A stretch of DNA of 63,291 bases, counting the filler, from Pelomyxa schiedti (Eukaryota; Protista; Evosea): the NCBI GenBank assembly GCA_020536535.1. It is 6 parts of 6 records of this genome, joined end to end, with 100 filler letters (N's around TTAATTAATTAA, not from the genome) between each part and the next. Parts side by side here need not be neighbours in the genome. Positions count along the whole stretch, not along the records: positions 46,170 to 61,066 come from JAHLWZ010001162.1; 5 more parts are not named here. One strand, written 5' to 3'. This document shows positions 48,269 through 61,146 of the stretch, piece by piece. A model generated the notes under the pieces. It was given only the letters and a program-made list of their open reading frames with translations, made no database searches and was not told the origin of the DNA. Positions within the stretch are counted from its first letter, which is position 1; each line of letters begins with the position of its first letter. A program made the position numbers and the translations under genes.

Positions 48269-51200
48269 ATGGGAGATGATGAACAGGCCGGGCGACAGCA
48301 CAAGAGACTCGGATCTGACCAGATCTCTCACTTTACAGGCTATTCGAGCCAGCGGCACGACGAAACAGGCAAACTGTTGCCGAAAGAGACTACGCAGCAC
48401 CCCCATCACTACAGCTCCGCATTTACGTTGTCTTCGTCAGAGTCATTATCCTCTTCTGCGCCGTCGCCGTCGTCTCCATCTTTGTTGGCCCCTCAGTCGT
48501 CTATGGCAAGCTCTACGGTCATAGTAACACCACCTCCACCTTCTTCGTCGCCGACAAGCCATAACGGCGGCACTATCGGGGTGGAGGCACCGGCGGATTC
48601 GCCGCCGAAACGTCGAATATCATTGGTGTTGTCGCAAGGCTTTCTTAAAAACAAACACCGCAGCGAAAGTGTATCTGCTGATTCTGATACGAGTTCACCA
48701 AAGTCTGCAAGTTGCGGTGCTCATGTTGGGCAAGCATTCTTAGTGAGCAAGACACTTTCCTTGTCACCAAAGCCTTCTTTATGGAGTACTAACCCTCACA
48801 CAACACGTGTATGCAACGCACCCTGCTTCACCACATCGTCTCGTTTACATTGTAATTCCACATAATTCATTTCTCTCAAGAAATACATTCACAAACTGCA
48901 CTTGATCACTCACGTGTGGGCTCCCCAAGGGCGGAAACTCTCAAGGTGGAGACACTAAGAGATTCTAAGGAGAAACCCTTATTCAAACTTTCTTCTGACC
49001 AGTTTTGTGATGACAATGCACCCCACATTATGGAACTGAACTTCTCAGGTCAGATTCTGATTCGCTGGTAACTCCTTAATAACAAGATTTTTCACAGGAT
49101 CAGTAGTTCTACCTGTCACACCAACACATGTTGCTGAGTATATTAAATCCAACAATGTAAAAAGTGTCGTTTTTTCTGGTATTATGCATGATTGAGAGTG
49201 TCTTGATAGTAAATGAGATTCCCCCTTTATTCAGGGTGTCATATCCACGAAGAATTTTTAGTTTCTTTTTTTAAGTCTATGCAATCAGACTTAACTCTTC
49301 TTGATTTATCAGGTTATTGACCTTCACTTCAGTAAGAAATTGACAAAATTAAACAGCAATTCAACTGAATAGATCGTGCCTCACCATTTTATCTGAGCAG
49401 TTGGGATGCCACAAAATTACCAATTTATCACTTGCAGGTATATACATTCTTGCTTCTCCAGGTTCTGATTTCCACAGGAAACTCTCTTGGGAATTGTGTT
49501 TGTGACGCTGTATCAATTTCCACTCTTCCTTTTCTGGAAGGTCTTGATCTGTCTGGTATATTCACCTACTCTCCAGTTTAAATTTCATTAAATGGAAAAA
49601 GAAAATGATATTACCGATGAAGGAATTGTACCTTTAATGTCTTCCCTTAACTCAAATCTTCTTGTAACATTACTTCTTCGAGGTAGAGTGTCTGTAATAT
49701 ACTCATCATTTTTAACATACAAAGGGAATCTTATAACTGACACTGGGGCTCCTATGGTAGCGTCGATGCTCTCCAGACTAAATAAATTAAACAAGCTTGA
49801 CCTGTCAGGTGAAAAAAGGACCCTCTATTTTTTTTTCTCTAATTTTCTGAGCAGCCAATAAAATTGGAGAAGGAATCCAACACATATTCAAAGCCCTTTT
49901 GGACTATGACCATTGCCTTCAGTGTCTCAATATCAATGGTTCTTGAAATGCTTACTGGTAATCTGCTCATTTTCTCAAAGGAAATCCCATCGATGAAAGA
50001 ATGGCATTAGAATTTTTCAACATGTTAGAATGCAACTCGCACCTGACTGTACTTTCAGCAAATTGTACTGGCTTTTCGCGTCACGATAAAAGACTACTGT
50101 CTATTTTGAATAAAAATATAGGTAAGTGCTTTGAAAAGACATCAACAAAACCAAACCAAACCAAACACACCAAATCAGAGATGCAGAAAAGACTTTTTGA
50201 GTGCACTGAAAAGATTAGTTTGCGCGAGTTCAAACTTTGCCTAGTGCCAGATTTCACTGCCATGAAATTCCAAACTCTACACACAATTGACCTCTCAGTC
50301 AACAGTATTGCTGAGTTTCCATACTGTTTATCTGATATGCACAACCTTCAAAATTTGAACTTAAGCAGTATGTCCCTCACAGACTTTAATACTTCTCACA
50401 AGGGGAAAAAACGTCTAGAAAACAAAATAACTTGCATTACGGAAAAGATAGCTGCCTTTACACAATATGCTAAACTTTCAACTCTCGATGTACTTGTTGT
50501 AATAATTCCTACATTTGGTTCATTATTACATGGCAGCTTTCCTCCAACTGTTTGACGTCTATTGCCTCTGAGATAGGTCTTCTTACTTGCTTAAAAATTT
50601 TGAATCTTTCACACAATAAGGTGGCTCTGCTCTCCTTTTGATTTCAATTCATTCTTTTATAGCTGGAGGATTTACCATCGGGGCTTGCTGCACTTGTGAA
50701 AGACAAAACTGCCGTTAACTACTCAAATAATGGACTTTCAGAGATCACGAAAGATGCTTCTACTCCAATGGAACTCCAACTGGAAAATGCAGTTTCAGTA
50801 CACAAGCCATATTTGTGGGTGTCTTTCCGAGTCATGCTACTGGGTGATGTAAGACTCTTCTTTTTTGCACTGTAACTGAAGCAACCAAGGATCAGGAAAA
50901 GAAATCTGCTCTTATCAGTGCTTTGTCTGCTCAACCACTTCATAATTCCGGTTGGAGCCACCGTGAAATCTTTCCCATTTAACTTACTTGAATGGTGGGC
51001 AGATTTACTTTCTGTATATACGTTGGATATTCGGCAATTTCATTTTCAGATATTCAATTTTTCACAGAGAGGTACACATTGCTTCCCCCCCCCCCCACGA
51101 CCATCTGGGCTGCACTTACATTGTATTGTTGGCAGGACGAAAGTGCACATACTTCCAATCAACATAGAATGCAAGTTNNNNNNNNNNTGCTTCCCCCCCC

Positions 51201-54200
51201 CCCCCCCCTTTTTCTCTAACTTCACAAAGCAATTTCAAGGGAAATTCCGCAATTCTTCATGACGTCACAAACAATTTTTGTTTTTCCCTTGGATGCAGAC
51301 AATCTTTCTCCCCAGTCCATTAATTATTGGAGAAGCTTAGTCACATCAACCATGAATTCTAGCAAGCCCAATGATAGGGTTCTTTTCCTGATAACCAACC
51401 CTCCAGAGGGAGATCTTGATCAAAGAGTCAACTGGAACAACGAAGATTTATTCCTGGCTGGGAATGGAAGCCCCGAGATATCTTTTCAGACGGAGATTAA
51501 GGACTACCTCTATAACAGCGCTTGTCGTATGCAGAAGGTGATCCCAGGTCTCTGGTCTGTGTTGGCAAAAACAATGAAGCAATCTTATTCTGGTGAAATC
51601 AAACTCTGGAGGGATTTCACACATCTTGCCAGACAATTGACTGCAGATCAAAATCCAACAGACCTTCTTAAAACTCTACTTCCTGCTGTAAGGTTTCTCC
51701 ATCAGGTAGGCGAGCTCTCATATTTTGCAGATATCAAGGAGTGGGATATCATCTTTCTAAACCCACTACACCTCGCCGCTGTGTTGTTTGCACCCCTCAA
51801 TGCCTCCAATAAATCATGTGTGGCAAAATTTCTCCTCGAGCGAGAATTGTGGCGTGTGTTTCATCACAGCATGCATCTTCAATTTATCAGTCTCCTTGTG
51901 CGCTTCAATGCCATCATCCCAATTGAAATTCAAGGACTTATCGACCCTGGGCCTGGGTTTCTTGTGCCAAGCAATATGTCGGAGAATGAACCACCAGAAG
52001 TAGCACGAAATATCAGTGAACTTCTCAGTACCGGTTACCAGAGATATTGCAGAGTGCTGCTTTTTGATAAAATACCGTCATCATTCGTAGCGCAAATACA
52101 GGCATCGCTGTTGCAACTGCCCAATAAAAGGACAGCTGAATATTTATGGAAAAGAGGGGCCATGGTTTTGACCAAGTCTGCAACCGCTGTAGAAGAATCT
52201 TCCTCCACAACAGAGGTGATTCACATTGCCGTGTCAAGAAAGGGCAATTCCCAAGTGGAATTGAAAATAACAGCTTACGAACCAACAAACACGCCAACAC
52301 TCCTCTGCCTGGCAATGGACGCAATGACTCAAACTCTGACCACCATGTCGCCACCTCTTTTTCCAAAACACAAAATCCTCTGTCTGACGTGCCTCCAAAA
52401 TGCAGAAAATCACCCTAGCGGCGAATTTGATAGTGGTGACATCATCACCACCTTTAGCCAAGGACAACAGCTTGTGTGTCCGAAATGTGATTCATCATTT
52501 AAACCTTCAGCATTAGCACCAGATTTGTGTGCAGGAATCGCCCGCAAAAATGAGTTAGTTTGTACAGATGTAGAGATCACAAAGATATTGGGTAGAGGAG
52601 GATATGGCACAGTTTTCAAGGCAGAATTGAAGCAAGATGCGGGACAAACAAAAACCTCTGCCATCAAGATGTGGAGAAATGCTGATATCACAGAAACTTT
52701 ATCAGAATTTCGCAAAGAAGTTGAGGTACACTAATTATATCTTCCTCCAATCTTTTACAGTAGAGTACAGGTTATGGCCCAACTGCCAGACAACCCACAC
52801 TTAGTCCCCTTGTTTGGTGTCTGTATACAGCCTGTGGTTATGATGTCCGTAAGCAGAGCTTAGAATGCACTTCTAATTTCTTTTTAGGGTAATGGAATTT
52901 GAACAATTTGGTGATTTGCGAAGCCTACTTTCCTCATCAGAGGTTATTACTGATGCTCTGGTGTATCACCTTGCTTTGGACATTGCCAAAGGTCTTCGTG
53001 CTCTGCACAGTGTCCCTCCCAAAGGGTTTATTCACAGGTAGGCAGAAGAGCAGGTGTATTAATTTTTCTAATGACTATAAGGGACCTTCGTTCGCCAAAT
53101 GTATTTCTTGTTTCAAAAGACGTTCACGACCCTGTCTGCGCTAAGGTAACAAGACAATTTGAATAACAACTAATTTCTGAAGATTGGTGATTACGGACTT
53201 GCAACAAGATCCAGACTAACCACCGCTGAAACTTTGAAAACTTGGAGGTGGCTAGCCCCTGAAGTAATATCAGAGAACGCCAATTATGGTGTTGCTTCAG
53301 GTTTTACCGTTATCCTAACAAACAAATTACTAAAATGAATGGTAGATATTTATAGTTTTGGCATGGTTTTACTTGAGCTTGTCAACCGCCCCCATGAACC
53401 ATTCTGGGAGCTAGATGAAAACCCAAAATACTCCAAATCCCGGCCAATGGTCTGGTTCAAGACAGCAACCAAGACCTACTCAGAAGGTGATGTAAAGGAT
53501 GCAACTCAAGACTGTAATTCATACAAGCCACAACTACTCCATGTTGACGAAGAGCTTGCTCAACTTAAGATCCAGATTAAGTGCGTCGGGAAGCAGCTCA
53601 GAAGTGCCTCAACTCCGGAACTGATCGAGAACAAGACCAATCTGAAAGGGAAACTCGCTGTTTTAAAGTGGAAAAGAAAGCTTCTCGCACTTATCGTATC
53701 ACACGCGGAGAACGTAATAGAGGCTACCAAAACGGCCGAGCGTATTGTCTCCCAAGAGCATGAAGCAAATGAAGGTCTTGCAAAGAAAGACATCATTGAT
53801 GGATTGCGCCCAGAGATACCAAAGAACTGTCCACTAGCCCTCAAAACCTTGATGTTGAACTGTTGGGAGCAGGAATCCCTTCGTCCTGATGCACAAGTTT
53901 TGATCCAGCTTCTTACGACAGCAAGTTGTCTCCAAAATCCAGATACTTAAAAAACCAACATTTATTAGTTCGCTACCAGGAAGAAATGGACTGCCCTACA
54001 AGTCAAATCATTGATAAATATGACTTGCAAGTGATTGTAGAATGCAACCTTGAAAGTAAAATCAAGACATTATGCTCTGCTCCTTCCAAGAAGCTAGTTG
54101 TACTAGCTTTGGAAGACGGGAAAATTCTGCGCTCACCATCATTTCCACAAGCAATTATTCCCCAGATAAACCTTCCCGACGAAGTCATGCAGGTGGCTTC

Positions 54201-55870
54201 AGGAGGCTACTTAACGACAAGCAAGAAAATATTAATTCGACCCGCAGAGAAGCTTGCAGAGATCACCACACCCCGCACCAAAACCGACAAGCTTATTTGC
54301 AGTGCCTTTGTATCAGGAAGATTTTGCATTGGAACCTCCACAGGAAAAATATATTTCCTCCCTGAAAACCAAGTCCGTGCACAGTGTGAATACCCACAAG
54401 AACTCACCATTGACCCTGATGACAATGTGACCATTGAAGGTTTTAATTCCTTCATTGTGTCCATGTGTGAGGTTAGTTTCAACAACCAGCAAGAGCTTTG
54501 GTGTTGCTGTGACTCTTCAATCATAGCTGGTATTGATGTGGTCAAAAAAGCCGTATCCAGAAGAATCTCCCTCGGACCATCTATGATGCCCGTATGCATT
54601 CTGCAATGTGGAAACCGCGTCTGGGTTGGAACTGCAAGAAATAACTTGTGTGTGATTGATATTGAAACATCTGAAGTGCGAGTTCTTTCCACTGATGGAA
54701 AGGTAAGTAGACTGGCCCAGATGGGAGGATTTATATTTGCAATCCTTCAAAAATCAACCTTCGTGCACGTGTGGGATCCCATTACTCTCAATTGGCTTTG
54801 CAAGATAGATCTCACTGGACCCACTGGCAAAGGTACACAGGGTGTGCTGAGCTCAATTTGCATAGGCTTGGACAAAGTGTGGATTGGAGACAACATGGGG
54901 GATATAATAGGATGGGATTTTTCCGCTCTTATGCTCGAGTTGTCTTCTGCCCTTACCAAAATTCCACAAAAAGAAATCTCTGAAGCTCCACTACCCACAA
55001 AGATGGACAGCTCTTCGACTTTGAAACCTGGAAGTAGACCAGAGCCACTTTTGCAGGCCACAGTAATGCCAATTCCTATTGCCTACGGTTGTATGGTACA
55101 AAAATCCCGGTCACAACAACTCCAAGCGAGTATGCGGGCTTCTTCATTGTCACAGCCCGCCTTGCAACTTCAACCATCACCAGAAACCTGTCATGGTGAT
55201 ATTCCTCTTGTTGGTGAGATTCACTTCTGGGCCGAAAGTTCCGCCCCAAAGAAGTCTGGATTTTTGTGGGCAATAACCACAAGTGGTCCAAGGATTGTGT
55301 GTTGCTTCAAACTGATCTTACAGCAGCTTGACTCTGCCCCGGCAACCTCTGCCTCTATGGAACCAATCGAGTTTATCTTTCCTCCCTCTCCAACAGAACT
55401 GCCCACAAAATCTCCAAACGCTGGGTCAGTAATATCATGGGCTATATTTGGCAGGCAATATCTGGCCAGTGGTGTGTAATTTCTTGAGGCACTTCCGCTC
55501 CCCACATACAAACAGGAAAGCTTACCCTCCCCACTGGGCCACAAGTTAAATGTAAATTAAGTCAACAAAGATTCACTGCTAAATCATCTTCTGGTTTCAA
55601 GGTAACACCCTCCATTTTCCTTTCCTTGTCTAACTCTACCAACAGGGGCTCAAAATCCCCACGACCGATTTGGTTGGCTTCCACACTTCACCCACAGCAC
55701 TCATTCTTGGTACCATTCTTCCCTCCTCAATACTTCCTATTACATCACCGATTATAGAATACAAAGACTCGGCCGGGAAACACAACGCCGAATTCAGACT
55801 CGCGACACCAGAACAAAGAACACAGTGGCAGACGGCGCTTGAAAAAGCGGGCATCCCACAGCTTCCATAG
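48269..55870 (+). CDS. Roco-family (LRRK-like) protein: LRR, degenerate ROC, COR, TKL kinase, beta-propeller, PH-like domain; many introns
   Basis: RI-type LRRs (LDLSGNDITDEG-like); FRVMLLGD...QFFMTSQTIFVF (ROC-like); AVRFLHQVGELSYF..DIIFLNP (COR); LGRGGYGTVF, HRDLRSPN, IGDYGLA, WLAPE; VWVGT/VWIGD blades; FRLATPEQRTQWQTALEK. Confidence 0.85.
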
Positions 55871-55984
55871 AGATCTAGAATCAAGGGCCAGTCACCCCAT
55901 GCAAATATTGTATTGTAACTATACAAGCAACTTTGTGTTCAACAATAAACAAAATAAATAGGTTTTTTCTTAAAACGTTTTTTC

Positions 55985-58900
55985 TTATGATATTTGGAAG
56001 CTGTCATTAATGTTGCAAACACTTAAACAAACATAGAAGCCAGCGGGTATGGCTTCCAGTAACACTCCATAGTGAATAGAGTTGATGGTGAAAGATATAG
56101 TCCCCTTGTGGAGATGTACGTTCATTTCAATTGTGTCTCCAGGTGATGTCTTTGCGAATTCCGGTCCTATGCACTCTCTCACTCCCTTAAATAATTGCCC
56201 ATGCCCTGTAGAGCTCGGATATAATCCGGCGCCGTTGCAGTGCCCAAGGTCAGTTGCTAATGCATCCTTCAGTCTGTATTTCGGAATGACGCCAATCATC
56301 CAGTTGGACTCTTCGTCCACGTTTTCAACTGGAGGATGTTAGTACAATGCCAGAAGAAAGGTAAGTGTTACCTCTTACAGTGTACGTGGAAAATGTGACT
56401 GCCGACTCGGGGCTCACTTCCCCAGAACCCACAATTACTGACTTCCATCCTTTTGTGGTATTCGTCACCACTATACGCCCATCTTGTTCGTAGCCAACAA
56501 TGTCCAGACCTTCTGCTGAAGTCTTCAAAGCTTGGGAAATATCTTTCCACTTCCCGTGCTTTAGTTGTGCCTTAATGAACCAGGGGCTGCAGTTCAATTG
56601 CGTCAGTTCGCGGTTGGCAAGATTCGAAGACTTCTCTGCGGCACGGAGTTTGATCTGAGAATCATCTAGGAGTGCCTGTAAGATGCCAAGCTTTTCACGG
56701 GGTTGGCGAAGTTTTTCTTTAGTATCCTCCAGAGAAGCCCGTAATTTCCCAATTTCTTCCTGTGCTTGATGAAGTGCCTCAGTCTTCTCTTGTAGTTCGT
56801 CCCCCTTTTCCTGCAGTTGTCTTTCGAGCTCCTTTAAAGAACTCTGAAGGGAAAGGTTATTTTCACTGAGCTCTGCTTCGCTTTCACTTTGGAGTTTGAC
56901 TGTGTAGTCTTGTTCTTGATGTAGGATTGCGTCTTGGGCAGCAAGCTGCTCAGCGATGTCATCAACAGAAGGCCCCTTTTCAATCGCACTTTCCAAACTA
57001 GGGGCGAGGGTGACATACTGCTGAACAAAGAATGACATTTGCTGTTCCGTGAGTACTATGTTATCTTGCTGTGAACTGCCCAATTGCTGGAGCCAGGTGG
57101 CTTGTGAAATCAAGGCGGAATTTTGGGAGGCCAACTTCTGGACAAAATGTAAGATAATTCTACTGATGTTTCAGAAAGAAATAACCTCCAGTGCCTCCGA
57201 ACTTTTACTAAGCTCGGAGAAGCTTCCACTGAACCGTCGAATAACTTCCTGGCTGCCTTTAAGGAACTGCTTCCGAAGTTTGGCAGTTTCCTCCTGAAGT
57301 TGGGAATCCAGTGCTTCAAAACCACCCTGCGCTATGGAACAACACAACTGGATGTGACTTTGCGCAGCTTGCCAAAGCCCCGAGAGTGTTTGTTGCATTT
57401 CTTTTATGGTACTGATTTGGTCTTGCAGAGCAGCTAAAAGATTTGGAAAGGCTCCTTTGACGGAAGTATATTCCCCGTGTTCCTTGTGGTCGCCTTCCAG
57501 TGTGCACTCACTGAGTAGTGCTAGTCAGTACTCAGCCGAAAAGAGAGGGTGGACAAAACCTGCAAACCAGTTTGTTGCATGCACATAATATTGTTGCTTC
57601 CCTGAAGTCATGCTCAGCACACAGTAAATCCTTTGCAATGGAAAGTGGGGTTGCAGTATTTTCTGGGAGACTTGGCAACGATTTGGGAGAAGGGTTCCAA
57701 CTGATCAATTGAACATGTTCCTTGAGAGCTTGCTTTATGCCCCTTATACGTACGGTACTGCTACTTGATGTAGAAGTCTGATTTTCTTCACCAGTGGTCT
57801 GGTTGGGGCTTTCATGAACCAGAGAAAGTGTGGGAGTGATCGGACTGAGTGGATAAAACAGCCCTGTCTTGGCTAATGGAAGGGGTGGTCTCAAATCCAT
57901 ACTGCTTACTTTTTGTATTGTTGCCTGTAGTGTATTGACATTGCCAACAAAGCAAGAGGAAAAAAAAATTACCATTATTTTTTTTGCTATAGAGTCATGA
58001 GCTGATAATAGGGCACAGGAACTACAATTATCCAGTGTTTTTTGGCAAAACATCTTTGAAAATGTTCCCTCACGGTAAAGATTGTCAAGGAGTCTTTTGT
58101 GCTCCTCCACTTCAGATACTGATGGGAAATCAGTTAACAGATGAGAATTGGAATCGTACAGTATAGGACTGAATTGGCTTCTATTTGCTCAGTTGTTGTT
58201 AACTGAGTACGTGCCACTACTTTAGTGAGGGACATGGACTCATTGTTGAGATCGGTTCTTTGTTTGTTTGTTGCCTGTTCACAGGGGTGAATACAAATTC
58301 AAGATGTTTGATGTACGAACGTCTTGTACTGATTCAATGCATTCCTTATGCGAAGCAATTGAGTTCTGAAGCTGGGATTAGAAGGAGATATGGCCCAAGA
58401 GGGGTGAAAACCTCCAATAACAACAACCAACATTTAAGGCTATCATTTAAGACTTTCAACTCCGACTTGTCCATTTCGGCACTGATTTCTACCGAACGCA
58501 CTTTGTGTCCCTTGGAGATGGTGACTGTCACAAAGGGTTAGCTGTTTGTAATACCATGTGGCGAGAATGTTGGCACTTCACGCAAATAATCTGTTCTCGA
58601 TGGAGTCAGTTAATAAGTGAGAATAGAAAGGAAATTGAACCTGGGAATCAACACAACAGAAGGACAAGGAAGATATTTCCTTGGGACAACCACAATTAGA
58701 ACAGTCAAACTTGGGTTCGCTCTGGGGTGGATCGTTAGTTATAAGCCAGAACGCGCTAGTCTCTTGGGCTTTTTTGTTGTACTTGATTGTAGGTGTAGTT
58801 TGTACCTCAGGTTTGAACGGCGATTGTTCAACAGGAACAACGGTGTGTGTCTTGCCCTTTGCTGTTCTGTGGAGGAATTCTCTGCAGCCGTCGCACTGAT

Positions 58901-59696
58901 GTTTGATGGCACATGACGCACAATACCACTTGGCTTTCTCTGGCAGGTCATGTGCGTCCTCTACGCCTGGTATAATAATTTATCAATGGGCAGCAGCAAG
59001 CTCCTTTTACGCACCACATGCGACCATAGGTGCCGTGGTGGAACTGGCGTCGGCTCCAAAAAGAGAAGTCGTTCGTGGGAGTCCATTATAAGTCACATTA
59101 GGGTCCTGGTTCACACAAATCTCGGCCCTGCCTCCAATTTTCAGACAAACGCAACCCACCAATCAATCAATCCATCCATCAATCAATCACACAACAGACA
59201 AACATAGTAAACAACAGGAAACAGGCGCACGAGCCATCACGGTAACCACAACAACCACAACCACCACCATCGTAACAAGCACAGCACCGTGCATGCAGGG
59301 AAGCTACCTGCACACAGGGCAACTGAACGATTTCTGCATGGGAGTAGCACTGCTCTTCGCCGTCGTAGCCGTCGTGGCGCCGCCGCCGGTGCTGCTGCAG
59401 CCAGGGCCGGTGAAGCCGCCCCCGCCGCCGCAGCCGCCCGAGGCCACCATTGAGAAGCAGTCGCGGTGCGAGACGTGTAAGCACGGAAGCAGCCTCAGCT
59501 CCCCGGCCGAGTCGCCGCCGACCGAGCATACCGCGCACGAGAAGGTGCGGTCCCACCCTTCGGTGCTGCCGCCGGGTCTCGTGGTGGTGGTGGTGGTAGC
59601 AGCCGTGGAGGCAGGGGCAGGGCGCGTTGTGCCTCGTCCAATGCTGACACTGCCGCTGCTCGGTGCTGTTGTTTGTCCAGCTGTGCAACCGGCCAT
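55985..59696 (-). CDS. TRIM-like protein: RING, B-box1, B-box2, coiled coil, B-box, coiled coil, SPRY/B30.2; multi-exon
   Basis: CAVC...LLPCLHVSHRDC...CPVCR; AKWYCASCAIKHQCDGCREFLHRTAKGKTHTVV; SFCCVDSQ|IICVKCQHSRHM|GHKV; LCAEHDFREATILCACNKLVCRFC; NWMIGV...PGDTIEMNVHLHKGTISFTINSIHYGVLLEAIPAGFYVCLSV. The join near 58100-58300 is inferred. Confidence 0.72.
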
Positions 59697-60161
59697 CCCT
59701 GGTGTGCGTTGGGATTTTTTTTCTGGTTCGTACGAAATTCCCAAGTTGTTGAGGTGGTCTGCGAATGATGATGAGGATTCGTGCTTCTGTCTTGGGACAC
59801 TGAGAGAGAGTCAACTGGTCCTTCCGTGGATGCAGGTCCAGGAGCTTCCCCAGAATGAGTGTAGGTTGTGATGGAACTCTCTTTATGGTCTGTGCTCCGA
59901 ATAGAAGGCAGCACTAATCGGAGGAAAGATCTACCCTTTTTTCCGGAACACATCACCAAAGCACGCCGACATCAACTAACACTTCCGACTGTTGTTACAT
60001 CATGTTTTTGATCACTTGAAAAAGGGAACCCCGTGTCCCTTATGGAAACACATTCCTGTAACATGACATTTTTCTTGTAGGCAAGCAAAAAAAAAAAAAC
60101 TTCCATTGACAAAGAGGTAGGCTAGGTTGGCCTAGACCAGTTCCACGCCCTTGGCACCGTC

Positions 60162-61066
60162 ATGAGAAGATCAGACGTGATAGCTGTGTGCCTTCTTGGA
60201 GCCATCATCGCTTCCATTTTTTCCGCAGTGTTGTATGCCTCGTACACTCAGTTTAAGACATACGACGCTCTGTACGACGTCGGGCTCGCCTCTTTTCTGT
60301 CAAAAACATCCAAAAGTGCCCTGATGGTGTCACTCCTATCATCACGCCACCAGAAACCTGCAGAATTGATGGCTCTCAGCTTCGCTAAATCTCTCCAGAC
60401 TCCTCGCACTCCGCCTGCCGAAGAACTGGCAAGTTATGGATGGTATAGAAACCCCAGTTGGAACCAGAGCATGTATATCACGTTCCCATCTTACGGTGGC
60501 AGTGCTGCTCACTGGGGGACTATGGTAAGAATATCTACCTCTTTCTTGTGGTCGGTAAATAATTGTTCCCAACAGAATCAGGATCTGATGTCAGAAGAGC
60601 GGATTGAGTATTATTTCTGGAGGACTGGAAGTACTGATGATCTGGCATCACAGATGATGCAGCTGTGGCCGGATATTGTGACTGTATACACTTGTCTTGC
60701 GGTTGGCTTTATAAGGTGCTATCCCTGGTACGACGTAATTGCCTACAATGTGCCCCCGTACTGGAGGGTGGAGGATCAAATCTATTATTACCCAGCAATG
60801 CCAGAGAACAATCCCGGAGGAGGGCAGGTTTGGTGTGAACCTTACCTCGACTTCTTCTCAAATGAGTGGATGGTCTCACTTCTCACTCAAGTGAGAAACG
60901 ATTCCAACGGCGAATTCCTGGGAGTCACTGGTATTGATGTACTGCTCACCAGTTTGGTGCAATTTGCCAACGCAGCCAGTTCACAATTGCCATACGACGC
61001 TTATTCAATCCTCGTCTCAAAACAAGGAGCCATTCTTGCAATTCCCCAACAAGTGAAGGCATGCCA
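60162..61066 (+). CDS. Membrane-anchored dCache-type sensor protein, 3'-truncated
   Basis: N-terminal TM, then VWCEPYLDFFSNEWMVSL...GEFLGVTGIDVLLTSL...YSILVSKQGAILA, typical of a double Cache domain. Confidence 0.8.
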
Positions 61067-61146
61067 NNNNNNNNNNNNNNNNNNNNNNNNNNNNNNNNNN
61101 NNNNNNNNNNTTAATTAATTAANNNNNNNNNNNNNNNNNNNNNNNN

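Noticed and set aside
51070-51210. Duplicated tgcttcccccc tract around a short N gap
   Set aside because: Homopolymer-associated assembly artefact inside an intron of the Roco gene.
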